Of a stretch of DNA of 64,000 bases, positions 49,522-62,994 are shown piece after piece. Below the pieces are notes generated by a model. That model did no database searches. It was not told where the DNA came from and saw only the letters and a list, made by a program, of their open reading frames with translations. The position numbers and the translations under genes are program-made. Position 1 is the stretch's first letter. Each line of letters starts with the position of its first letter. This DNA is from Octopus sinensis (taxonomy: Eukaryota), in assembly GCF_006345805.1 (NCBI RefSeq), contig NC_043005.1, positions 100,502,001 through 100,566,000 on the forward strand. Direction: 5' to 3'.

Positions 49522-49786
49522 CTCAGGTGCACCACAACTTGTCAAAAGTGTGTATAAAGCATATGCAGTAATGTACAAATGTCTGGAAAGTGAACAGTGT
49601 ATGAGTCAGATACATGCTTTGCGTGTGTATGGAGGGGAGGAAATCAGGTGTAGTGTTGGCAAATCTCAGGAAGCATGGAAGTTTTGAAGGATGCAGTGCT
49701 TCGACAGCTAACAACTGATGCTGGCAGTTTGTTCCATGCTTCAGCAACTCTCAGCGTGAAAAAATGTTTCCGATGGTGAGCGTCAC
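49522..49786 (-). mobile_element. CR1/L2-group LINE 3' end
   Basis: DAHHRKHFFTLRVAEAWNKLPASVVSCRSTASFKTSML fits the R..FF..RV...WN.LP..VV...S...FK pattern. Confidence 0.82.
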
Positions 49787-50064
49787 AAAAGAGAAGGCCA
49801 AAACAAAACAAAAAAAAAAAACAAAAAAAGATGTAACAGATAGCAAGATGCTGCGATGGAATGGTATGTGTAATAGAAACAGCTGTTGAGAACTATAAGG
49901 TTTGACAGGAAACTGATTGTTACAGTAAGGGTGGGCACAATATTATATTTTGAACCATCTGAAAGGTTAACAGTTGATGCTGGTGATACTGGAATTGTAT
50001 CTATCATCATCATCATACAACACTAGGATCAACTATCCACTTCTCAGATAATAATAAGCTATTA

Positions 50065-50189
50065 CATCGATTACATCGACCCCAGTGCGTAACTGGTACT
50101 TAATTTATTGACCCTGAAAGGATGAAAGCAAAGTCGACCTTGGCGGAATTTGAACTCAGAACGTAATGGCAGACGAAATACTGCTAAGC
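50065..50189 (-). mobile_element. Family-A fragment truncated at both ends, with TSD
   Basis: Perfect 17-bp TSD ataataataagctatta at 50048-50064 and 50190-50206; no tail module. Confidence 0.88.
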
Positions 50190-51142
50190 ATAATAATAAG
50201 CTATTATGTGTCCATCCTTATTCTAACAACCATATTCCATCAAAAACCTCATCTACCCCAACAACTGTTCCAATTACTTAAACCTTCTGATCTCGTCTAA
50301 CTTTTAGGTGAACCATCTTCATTGTTATTATACCTCACAAGAATTCAATTTAAAACCATTTCTTCCACAAACTGTTCTGTTAAATAAATATTGATGTTTG
50401 TTATACATTATTACCATTCCCTTACCAGCTTCTTTAGTTTCCATATTTTACCTTAATCACTCAGTACAGTTAAACACAATATCTACATTGCACACATGCC
50501 CGCACGTGCACAAACACACACACACATAAACTAAACCCACTCAACAACTTCTAGATCATTCTTTCTCAAGATTTGTAGGTTTTCAACAGATAATGTCAAT
50601 GGATAACACTTTCTTAGATGGCATCTTTGATCATATTCTATTTCACAGTTCACCACACGTCAAGATGTTGCCGCCATATGCTCAGCACTCCATCAGGTTT
50701 TCAGAGTAGCAATAGATAAGATATAGCAAATAGCTGTTATGTGTAGATGAGTATTGCATAAAATCTTGTTCCACGGGTTTTGTCACAGGCGACGTAAGTA
50801 TTATTATGTCATATGAAACCTGGCAACAGATATAAAAAATGTATAGCGACAGGCTGAACAGTTTTATGACGATAAACACAATGACTGTTTAGCCAGTCAA
50901 TCAAAGGTTGGTACGCACATGCACACACACACACACACACACACACCGGACAGCTTGAACTATGAAAGATTTCTTTCACCAGTTGTCAGCTGGAAATTAC
51001 AAGAATATCCCCACTGTCTGACAACTTGTGTGTGTGTGTGTGTGTATAAATATTTTATATTGTGTATTTATGCCTGTATGTCAACATATATTCATAGATA
51101 TGTACATAGATTTATTTATGATATAATATATATATATATATA

Positions 51143-51304
51143 TAGGAGTGGCTATGTAGTAAGTAGCTTGCTTACCAACCACATGGTTCTGGGTTCAGCC
51201 CCACTGTGTGGCACCTTGGGCAAGTGTCTTCTACTATAGCCTCGGGCCGACCAAATCCTTGTGAATGGATTTGGTAGACGGAAACTGAAAGAAGCCTGTT
51301 GTGT

Positions 51305-51305
<1 letters not shown>
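51143..51305 (+). mobile_element. SINE family B, 5' half
   Basis: Head through gaaagaagcctgt, then runs into the TA field; 3' half not found in the same orientation. Confidence 0.85.
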
Positions 51306-53270
<1,965 letters not shown>

Positions 53271-53422
53271 TATACATACATATATATATATATATATATA
53301 AAATGCAATAAAAATGGTAAATAATTTTTCTGTGGTTTTTCATATAACCAACAATTATTTACCGGTAAATTTCGGTATGTAAATATGACAAATTCATCGT
53401 CAGGAACTTTTGTAAAGTTCAG

Positions 53423-53568
53423 TATATAGTAAAACTAATTAAAAGGGCTAGCAACAGGCTGCTCACTTATAGAAAATGGAAAAAACAGTCTTTGACTGCC
53501 ATTTCTAATTCCTTCGGTATGCGGCGAAGCAGCCTGTTGCCTGCCCTTTTAATTAGTTTTACTATATA
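53423..53568. repeat. 146-bp element with 41-bp terminal inverted repeats, next to (TA)n
   Basis: tatatagtaaaactaattaaaagggctagcaacaggctgct pairs with 53528-53568, 2 mismatches. Confidence 0.85.
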
Positions 53569-53591
53569 TATATATATATATATATATATGA

Positions 53592-53935
53592 AGTGAAGGC
53601 GCATGGCTCAGTGGTTAGCGTCGAGCTTACGATCGTGAGGTTTGAGCTCGAATCCCGGACGGGGCTGCGTGTTTGTTCTTGAGCAAGGCACTTTATTTCA
53701 CGTTGCTCCAGTTCACTCAGCTGTAGAAATGAGTTTGCGACGTCACAGTGCCAAGCTGTATCGGCCCTTGCCTTTCCCTCGCTTGACAACATCGGTGACG
53801 TGGAGAGGGGGGCCGGTATGCATGGGCGACTGCTGGTCTTCCATAAAACAACCTTGCCCAGACTTGTGCCTCAGAGGGTATCTCTCTAGGTGCAAACCCA
53901 TGGTCAGTGCCTGACCGAAGGGGGTCTTTACCCCT
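53592..53935 (+). mobile_element. SINE family C, full length, in (TA)n
   Basis: tggctcagtgg, gctcgaatccc, ttcttgagcaaggcacttt box. Confidence 0.88.
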
Positions 53936-53977
53936 TTTTTTATATATATAATATATATATATATACATATACATATA

Positions 53978-54049
<72 letters not shown>

Positions 54050-54094
54050 CATATATATACATATACATATAATATATGTATATGTATATATATA

Positions 54095-54520
54095 TACGTG
54101 CGGGTGGCACGTAAAATGCACCCACTACACTCACGGAGTGGTTGGCGTTAGGAAGGGCATCCAGCCGTAGAAACACTGCCAGATCTGACTGGGCCTGACG
54201 AAGCCTTCCAGCTTCACAGACCCCAGTTGAACCGTCCAACCCATGCTAGCATGGAAAGCGGACGCTAAATGATGATGATGATATATATATGTATGAATGT
54301 ATGCATATGTCTGTGTGTTTATGTTTGTCTCCCCAACATTGCTTGACACCCAATGTAGGTGTGTTTATGTCCTGTAACTTAGTCGTTCGGCAAAAGAGAC
54401 TGATAGAATAAGTACTAGGCTTACAAAGAATAAGTCCTGGGGTCGATTTATTTGACTAAAAGCGGTGCTCCAGCATGGCCACAGTCAAATGATTGAAACA
54501 AAGAAAAGAATAAAAGAATA
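54095..54520 (+). mobile_element. Family D 3' part followed by family B 3' half
   Basis: D module with (gat)n to about 54280, then B sequence from the microsatellite to its tail. Confidence 0.8.
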
Positions 54521-54678
54521 TTTATATATATATTTTTTTATATATATATAGTGTGTGCATATATATTATCTGCCCCTTTGTATCGCAAAGTAATAATAAC
54601 TGATATAAATGTTTGTTGACTGGTTGATTTCTCCAGTCACACTTTACATAGAATGGAAACAGGGAGGTTGGGGGGGGG

Positions 54679-54713
<35 letters not shown>

Positions 54714-54732
54714 CAGATAGATAGATAGATAA

Positions 54733-54962
54733 AAGGTGGCGAGCTGGCAGAAACGTTAGCACACAGGCCGAAATGCTCAGCAGTATTTCGTCTGCTACTA
54801 CGTTCTGAGTTCAAATTCTGCCGAGGTCGACTTTGCCTTTCATACTTTTGAGGTTGATAAATTAAGTACAGTTATGCACTGGGGTCGATGTAATCGACTT
54901 AATCCCTTTGTGTGTCCTTGTTTGTCCCCTCCATGTTTAGCCCCTTGTGGGCAATAAAGAAT
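54733..54962 (+). mobile_element. SINE family A monomer, tail type 1, inside (GATA)n
   Basis: (gata)n on both sides; full head and tail. Confidence 0.9.
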
Positions 54963-54980
54963 AAAGATAGACAGATAGAG

Positions 54981-55012
<32 letters not shown>

Positions 55013-55404
55013 TGAGAGAGAGAGAGAGATACGGATAGAGTTAACATTAGAGGGGTAGGATGAGTGTGCATATTCTGTTTGGTAGCATGCAACATGTAAA
55101 CCATACACACACGGCAAGAGAAAAGCATTACTGAGACAATGTCAAAGTAGGATGGAAGTGGTGTGGGGTAAATGACAGGGTATTTATGGGAGGAGTTATG
55201 CAAATGAGGAATAAGAAGTTATTCTTTGTAAACGAAATACGACAGTGATTAGAATATTCATGTTCAAATCTGTTGGAACTAATTGAGAATGAAAATGTAC
55301 GTCAGTGTTTTGTTGTATTTTATAATATTAGAAGTGAATAAATATTTATTTTTTGAAAATTAGTATTCATTTCATGATTTTATATAAGCACCAATGTGCA
55401 GATG

Positions 55405-55735
55405 TGGCCATGTGGTAAGAAGCTGGCTTTGCAATCACATGGTTCTGGGTTCAGTCCCACTGTATGGTCTTCTACTCGAGTGGATTTGGTAGACAAAAAC
55501 TAAAAGAAGCCTGTATATATCATATATGTATATGTATATATTTGCATGTGTGTGTGTGTGTGTCTTGTCATCATTTGACGACCAATGCTGGTGTGTTTAT
55601 GTCCCTGTAAGTCAGTGGTTAGGCTTACAATGAATAAGCGCTAGGATCGATTTCTTTGACTAAAACCCTTTGAGGTGGTGCTCCAGCATGGCTGCAGTCA
55701 AATGAATGAAACAAGTAAAGGAATAAAAGAATATA
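55405..55735 (+). mobile_element. SINE family B with internal deletions
   Basis: Head, microsatellite and 3' end recognisable. Confidence 0.75.
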
Positions 55736-56059
55736 GTTATTGTATGCATAGTTACTGGTGCCCCAGCATGGCTGCGGCCTTCGGGCTAAAATATTTTTAA
55801 GGATTTTAAGGGATTTATGCCATATTTTCTCATAGTACTTATTATATCAAAAGTATATGTCCAAAACTGCCCATTATATGTTGGGTAAAACGTGTGTGTG
55901 GGGGGGGGGGTAAGAAGTTTGCTTCCCATCATACGGTTCAGGGTTTCGTCATACTTGGCTCTTTGGGTAAGTGCCTTCTTCTATAACCCTAGGCTGACCA
56001 AAATCTTCTGAGCAAATTTGGTAGCTGGAAACTAAAAGAACACCGTGTACATATATTCA

Positions 56060-56320
56060 GTTCACTCTGTAAAGTGGTTGGTATTTGGAAGGGCATCCAG
56101 CAGCAAAGACCATGCCAAAGCAGTTCTTGTTGGTACAGGTGCCACATAAAAAGTACCCAGTCCACTCTGTAAAGTGGTTGGCATTAGGAAGGGCATTCAG
56201 CCATAGAAACCAAGCCAAAACAGAGGAGCTTAGTACAGTGCTCTGACATGCCAGTTCCTGTCGAATCGTCCAACCCATGCCAGCATGGAAGGCAGACGTT
56301 AAATGATGATGAGGATGATG
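56060..56320 (+). mobile_element. Family D-like retroposon 3' part
   Basis: Duplicated ggaagggcat block and the D 3' module with (gat)n. Confidence 0.75.
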
Positions 56321-56457
56321 TTATCTGTATGTGTGCATTTTGTACTTGTCTCCTGCCACTATTTGACAACTGGTGTCGATTTCTTCAACTAAATTGTTCA
56401 AGATGGTGCCCCAGCATGGGTACAGTCCAATGAATGAAACAAGAAAAAGATAATGTT

Positions 56458-56500
<43 letters not shown>

Positions 56501-56514
56501 ATCTATATGTATAT

Positions 56515-56985
56515 ATCATCATCATCATCCTTTAACCTCTGCTTTCCATGCTAGCATGGGTTGGACGATTTGACTGAGGTCTGGCAAACCAGATGGCTGC
56601 ACCAGGCTCCAATCTGATCTGGCAGAGTTTCTACAGCTGGATGCCCTTCCTAACGCCAACTACTCCGAGATTGTAGTGGGTGCTTTTAAGTGCCACTGGC
56701 ACGAGGGCCAGTCTGGTGGTGCTGGCAATGGCCACGCTCGAAATTGTGTTTTTTATGTGCCACCTGCACAGGAGTCAGTCCAGCGGCACTGGCAACGACC
56801 TCGCTTGAATGTTTTGTTCACGTGCCAGTAAGGTGACGCTGGTAACGATCATGCTCAACTGGTGCTTTTTACGTGCCACCAGCACGGAAGCCAGACAGCT
56901 GCTCTGGCAGCGATCCTGCTCGGATGGAGCTGTTAGTGCTCCACTGGCATGGGTTCCAGTCATCGAATTTAATTTATATTTACAC
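56515..56985 (-). mobile_element. Family D retroposon with internal repeats
   Basis: (cat)n tail on plus, D 3' module, four to five internal repeat units. Confidence 0.85.
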
Positions 56986-57089
56986 AAGTAAGTACATCGA
57001 TGCAAAACAAGGTGGGAAAAATAGTACTCGAATACCAAAAGTAAAGGGATATACTATTAGTATATATATATATATATATATATATATCT

Positions 57090-57225
57090 TATTCCTTTCT
57101 GTTGAAGAGTGTAGGCTTGAAACGTAAAAGACTTTTTCATTTCCCCGAGTGTCAAACTAATACACCTGCTTGTTGTTCATAGACCCGTCTTCATCTTGTG
57201 TTTTTCTATAAATTTCAACTATATT
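57090..57225 (+). mobile_element. Penelope-like terminal-repeat copy next to (TA)n
   Basis: ttctgttgaagagtgtaggcttgaaacg...ctaatacac. Confidence 0.55.
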
Positions 57226-57944
57226 TATACATATATATATACAGAGAGAGAGATAGATAGATAGATAGATATATGTTTGTGTGTGTATGCATAGAAATGA
57301 TAGTGTTGCCTGATGCAGTCCAGCTCCTTGGATCTTGTCAAAAAGTCCGACCTATGCCTTCACGGAAGAAGGATGTTGACTGATGATGATATTATACACA
57401 CCCACATGCACACATGCATGTGTGCATGTGTGTGTGTATGTGTGTGTGTGTGTGTGTGTGTAAATATGTATATATAGATTTGTATTTGTGTATGTGTGTA
57501 ATGAAAGATGAGAAGTTGTGAAATCTTCTGGTCATAATAAGCTTTACTCTTAATTAGTTTAATAATTAATCTTTAGATCCTCTTATTAAATTAAATTAAT
57601 GAATCTAATTAATGTTTCTTTAGATGAGAAAAATGAAGCTTTATCTTAGAAAATGAAAGACAAGATGACTGTTCATCTACAGTTCAGAGGAGAAAAAGGG
57701 AAAACAAAGGACAAATGACAAGAGAAAGAGGGAGAGAGAGAGAGAGAGAGAGAGGAAGAAAGAGATTGAAAAAGATAGAGAGAGAAAGTGAGGTAGTATG
57801 AGGGTAAAAGAAAGGTAGAAAGAGAGAGAGAGAGATGGAGTTACCGTTCAATGTTAATTATAGTTTCGTGTCTTCAGATATGGCAGAATCTACTTCTGGC
57901 TGACCGTGACATAGAATGGTTTGGTAGAAACAACCACTGGCTAG

Positions 57945-58570
57945 AAATATTCTTTTCTACTCTAGGCACAAGGCCCGAAATTTTTAGCAAGGGGGCTAGT
58001 CAATTAGACTGACCCTAATACACAACTGATACTTAATTTATCGAACCTGTAAGGATGAAAGGCAAAGTCGGCCTCGGTGGAATTTGAACTCAGAACACAA
58101 AGACAGTCGAAATACCAGTAATCATTTCACTCTGCGTGATAACGTTTCTGCCAGCTCACTGCCTAGTATCTGCACTATATTCTTTTCTACTCTAGGCACA
58201 AGGCCTGACATTTTGGGGGAGGGGGCTAGTCAATTAGATCGACCCCAGTACACAACTGGTACTTAATTTATCGACCCTGAAAGGATGAAAGACAAGGTCG
58301 ACCATGGCGGAATTTGAACTCAGAACGTAGCGGCAGACAAGATACCTATTTCTTTTCTACCCACAAGGGGCTAAACACAGAGGAGACAAACAAGGACAGA
58401 CAGACGGATTAAGTCGATTATATCGTCCCCCAGTGCGTAACTGGTACTTAATTTATCGACCCTGAAAGGATGAAAGGCAAAGTCGACATCGGCGGAATTT
58501 GAACTCACACCATAACGGCAGACGAAATACTGCTTACCATTTTGCTTGGCATTCCAATGCCTTTGACAGC
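57945..58570 (-). mobile_element. Three family-A units: a tail-2 monomer, then a tail-1/tail-2 chimeric dimer
   Basis: Junction caagatac|ctatttc at 58345/58346 joins a tail-1 copy to a head-less tail-2 unit. Confidence 0.82.
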
Positions 58571-58905
58571 GTGCCACCTTACTGGTCAGCAATATTGCAT
58601 CCATTTCATATGGTTTATGTGTTACCTTTCTACCTTTTTTCACTGGTTTCTGCTGATGGGCAACTATCATGATGAGGCACTGCCTTGAAGAGTCTAGTTG
58701 AGCAAATGAATCCTGTTAGTTTTTTTGTTTTTTAAGGTTGGTACTTATTCTATAGGTGTCTTTTGCTGAACTGCTAAGTTACAAGGAGGTACATATGTTG
58801 ATGCCAGCTGGCAAGTGGTGATGGGAGACAAACACAGACACATACACAATACACATGTGTGTGTGTGTAAGTGCACACATATGCACTCACACATGCAAGC
58901 ACATG

Positions 58906-59219
58906 CAGTGGCAGACTGGCCAGGTTGCCAGCTTGCTCGATGATAAGTGGGCCCCTGCGCCATTATAATCCGTATATGGGGGCCCATGTTAGTATATAAG
59001 GGGCCTATCACCTCAAGTTTAAGAAATTTTTATTCACTCCTGGAAGAATGCATAAATTATTTCAGCCTGGCTGTGTTTGTAGATAGTTGAAAAGAATACT
59101 TTTAACAAAAAAAAAATAATAAATGATAGCATGGTAGTTGTGGGTGGGCCCCCTTGTATTTGCGGGTGGGCCCTCTTAGTCTCCTATCAACCAATATTTT
59201 TAGACCCCATCCGCCACTG
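58906..59219. mobile_element. hAT-like MITE
   Basis: Termini cagtggcaga / tccgccactg (CAGTGGCGGA-type TIR); no clear 8-bp TSD in the CA-rich flank. Confidence 0.5.
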
Positions 59220-59269
59220 CACACACACACATACATGTATATATACATACGTATATATTGTTTTAAACA

Positions 59270-59875
59270 TTAAACTACTGTTATTCTAGGGCACCACTTC
59301 AAAGGATTTTAGTTGAACATATCAACTCCAGGACTTATTATTTTTCATTTTTTAAGCCTAGTATTTATTCTATTGGTCTCTTTTGTCAAACCATCAAGTA
59401 ACTGGGACATAAACAAACCAGCACTGGTTGTCAAATGGCAGTGGTGGGGGACAAACACAGACTCTCCCTACACACACATATGACTGGCTTCTTGCAGTTT
59501 CCTATTTCTTTACTACTCACAAGGGGCTACACACAAAGGGGAAAAACAAGGACAAACGGGTTAACCCCAGTGCATAACTGGTACTTATTTAATCAACCCC
59601 GAAAGAATGAAAGGCAAAGTCGACCTCGGCGGAATTTGAACTCAGAACGTAATGGCAGACAAAATATCTCTAAGCATTTCGCCCAGCGTGCTAACGTTTC
59701 AGCCAGCTCACCACCTTCTTACAGTTTCTTACGGTTTCCATTTGCCAAGTACATTCAGAAGTCTTTGGTCAGCTTGAGGCTACAGCAGAAGACTGTTGCC
59801 CAAGGTCTCACATTGTGGGACTGAACCCAAAACCAGGCGGTTTGTGAGAAAGCATCTTACAACTCAGCAACATCT
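59270..59875 (-). mobile_element. Family B copy interrupted by family A (59502-59715)
   Basis: 13-bp TSD ttctt(g/a)cagtttc at 59489-59501 and 59716-59728. Confidence 0.82.
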
Positions 59876-60848
59876 GTGCCTATGATATATATATGTGTAT
59901 AGTCTATGTTGTGAGTGAGTATGTTCTGTGCATGTTGTGTATGTTCTCTATGTTTGCATGCTTGTGTGTGTGTGTGTGTGTGTGAGAGAGAGCTTCTGTT
60001 TATCTGGATCAGAAGAGAAAGGAACAATGTTTCTAGCATGGTGGATTTCAACTGTGGTGTTAAATATCTTTGATATCTACAGACAACTCTGTGGGGGAAA
60101 TGATTGCAGGAGATTGCTGATGCTGCTGGTGGTGTTGGCATTGTTGTTGTTGTTGTTGGTGGTGGCGGTGGATCAACACTTGTTTATGAATGACAACACT
60201 TCCTTATCAAAGCAACGTTTTGTTGATGTTGTGATCATTGTTGGTGATGGTGTTGTTGTTGGTGTTGGAGGATCAACATATATATTACATATAAATGATA
60301 CCTAATCCTCATCAAAGCAATTTTAGCTGCTGCCAATGCTGTTGTTGTTGTTGTTAAGTAGATCAGCTTCCAGTGTGTTGAAACTGTTGTCAATCTCTAC
60401 CTATCAAATTGACACATAATACATTAATACAACCAAGTATTATAGAAAGCTCCAATATATTTAATGAAACCTAAATCCAATTATTGATTGATTGAAAGTG
60501 TTTTAATGCTGTTATATCACAACTTAGGCTGGTGCCGTTATATGGATCCATCGCTTTCATATTCTTGGGTAAGATGATATAACCACAATAATGGCAGGAT
60601 AGAGTTCTTAATTGATACATAATTGATTATTTATATCATTAAAGCCAATTAGAGAACATAATGTGGTTATTCCTCTAGAAATACCAACCAAATTTCACTC
60701 ATATCACAAGCCACCATTTTCAGAAAATCATGATATATTACGGAAAGTGACACTATAAGATATCCTAGCTGGGACAGTTTTGATTTTAGCTTTGATCAGT
60801 GATGGTTGACCTGGGGTTAAAAAACAACAACAACAGCAGCAGCAGCAG

Positions 60849-61215
60849 TGGAGGTGCAATGGCCCAGTGGTTAGGGCAGGGGACTCGCGGTTGGAGGATC
60901 GCGATTTCGATTCCCAGACTGGGCGTTATGTGTTTATTGAGCGAAAACACCTAAAGTTCCACAAGGCTCCGGCAGGGGATGGTGGCGACCCCTGTTGTAC
61001 TCTTTCGCCCCAACTTTCTCTCACTCGTTCTTCCTGTTTCTTGTCCCCCGACTTCCTACGCAACCGCTGAGCCTGGATGCGCATTCATCCATCCGTCGAT
61101 GCTCTCGGTGTCGGGGGTTGACCTGCTTTCTCTTCTGTGGGTCTTACGAATAGCAAAGGACCACATTTCGGATTTCTCCCATCTTGCGAGCTCTGGGACG
61201 AAGACCGTTCGCTCA
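60849..61215 (+). mobile_element. SINE family F in a (CAA)/(CAG) tract
   Basis: High similarity to 37754-38128; caacagcagcagca at 60831-60844 and 61220-61233. Confidence 0.9.
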
Positions 61216-61812
61216 ACAGCAACAGCAGCAGCATCAGCAATGGAGTTAATGTTATTAAACAGTTTAGCATTCAAGTCTCAAACAAGGTGTGTTGCAAAAC
61301 TTAAATTCTTAGTCAAAATAAAATAATAAATTTAACTCTACTTTTAGTATTGAGTCAACCCATGAATAAATAGTTTGTTGTTATTTTTTAAACTGCTTTA
61401 AAACAACAACATAAAATTAACATTTACCTCTGCTTCTTTTACAAAGTAAAGCACCAACATTAATTTTCCAAAAAGGATGTAATCTATTGAAATTCCATTC
61501 TTGGGGTAAAATGTATCAGTACCACAAAGGCAAGTCTACCTAAATGTTGGACTACACAAGACTGGTTGAATAAGCTTCCAATTGAAACCAAAAGCCTCTG
61601 TCAAATCTAATTCTATACTATGATTTAATCTTTCATGGTTTTCACATATTGACAAAACTGAAGTAAGTCGGTGTTGAGGTTTAATTCTGTCTTAGTCAAG
61701 AATATTTCATCCATGATCCCCCGTTTTTTTGTTTTTTGTTTCAAACATTAAAACTGATACTCTGTTGGTTACGATGATGAAAGTTCTTCTGACTGGCTTG
61801 AGAAATTAATGT

Positions 61813-62222
61813 GCTGGAGTGGCTTTGCAGTAAGTAGCTTGCTTACAAACCACATAGTTCCGGGTTCAGTCCCACTGCGTGGCACCTTGGGCAAGTGTCT
61901 TCTACTATAGCCTCAGGCCAACCAAAGCCTTGTGAGTGGATTTGGTAGATGGAAACTGAAAGAAGCCTGTCGCATATATGTATATGTGTGTGTGTGTGTG
62001 TGTGTGTATGTTTGTGTGTCTGTGTTTGTCCCCCCAGCATCGCTTGATAACCGATGCTGGTGTGTTTACGTTCCCATAACTTAGCAGTTCAGCAAAAGAG
62101 ACCAATAGAATAAGTACTGGCCTTACAAAGAATAAGTCAAGGGATCGATTTGCTCGACTAAAGACAGTGCTCCAGCATGGCCGCAGACAAATGACTGAAA
62201 CAAGTAAAAGAAAGTAAAAGAG
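61813..62222 (+). mobile_element. SINE family B
   Basis: Full-length match. Confidence 0.88.
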
Positions 62223-62454
62223 AATAGTGTATCTAGGATTACCTCAACTAATCTGCAAATAATATAAGTTTGTGGGTTAGTAAAAGAAATTTGGATTGGA
62301 GAATTTACAAAGTCATAAGATTAAATGTAGTAATATTATGTGAAGGTATTTGTTTGTGTGTGGTTTGGTGATGAGGGTTTGTATTTCCAACCTTAGAATA
62401 TTTTAAGGCCATATCTCCTTCTATAATGAAGGATAAGAATTGTAGGCCCCACAT

Positions 62455-62716
62455 CAGCGTGCCGGTGGCACGTAAAAAGCTCCAACCGATCGTGGGCGTT
62501 GCCAGCCTCTCCTGGCACCTGTGCCGGTGGCAAGTAAAAAGCACCCACTACACTCTAGGAGTGGGTGATGGTAGGAAGGGCATCCAGCTATAGAAACACT
62601 GCCAGACCAGACTGGAGCCTTGTGCAGCCTTCTGGCTTCCCAGACCCCAGTTGAACCATCCAACCCATGCTAGCATGGAAAGCGGACGTTAAACGATGAT
62701 GATGATGATGATGATT
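62455..62716 (+). mobile_element. Family D retroposon 3' part
   Basis: Two gtgccggtggca units, the 3' module and a (gat)n tail. Confidence 0.85.
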
Positions 62717-62962
62717 ATTACAACACGATAGTACTTTGTTACATTGTAGAGATTAAATCAATGTATAAGTTTGGAGAATCCAACAAGTGTCTCAAATAAG
62801 AAACTGAAGACTAGAATATGCAATTATTTCAGTTGTCTACCTTGGAGTATGTATAGTTTGGGCAGGTGGAACAATTTATACCATTTCAAATTCATTGTAC
62901 TCAACTATCTGATATTCCCTGACAGGTAGATATTATGCTCGTTAATATCAGGGATTTCATAC

Positions 62963-62994
<32 letters not shown>

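Noticed and set aside
53404-53430. Helitron 3' terminus
   Set aside because: The hairpin is AT-rich and not followed by CTRR at the expected spacing.
53592-53670. tRNA genes (also the heads at 20147, 38050-38128, 60849)
   Set aside because: A/B boxes are present, but there is no clean acceptor stem and each continues into a repeated SINE body.
57878-57920. Candidate exon after gtttcgtgtcttcag (IWQNLLLADRDIEW)
   Set aside because: No convincing donor and no recognisable family.
60528-60568. Candidate 41-nt plus-strand exon (ttag|...ttgg|gtaaga)
   Set aside because: Good donor and all three frames open, but no recognisable protein and no partner exons; needs RNA-seq or a spliced homology search.
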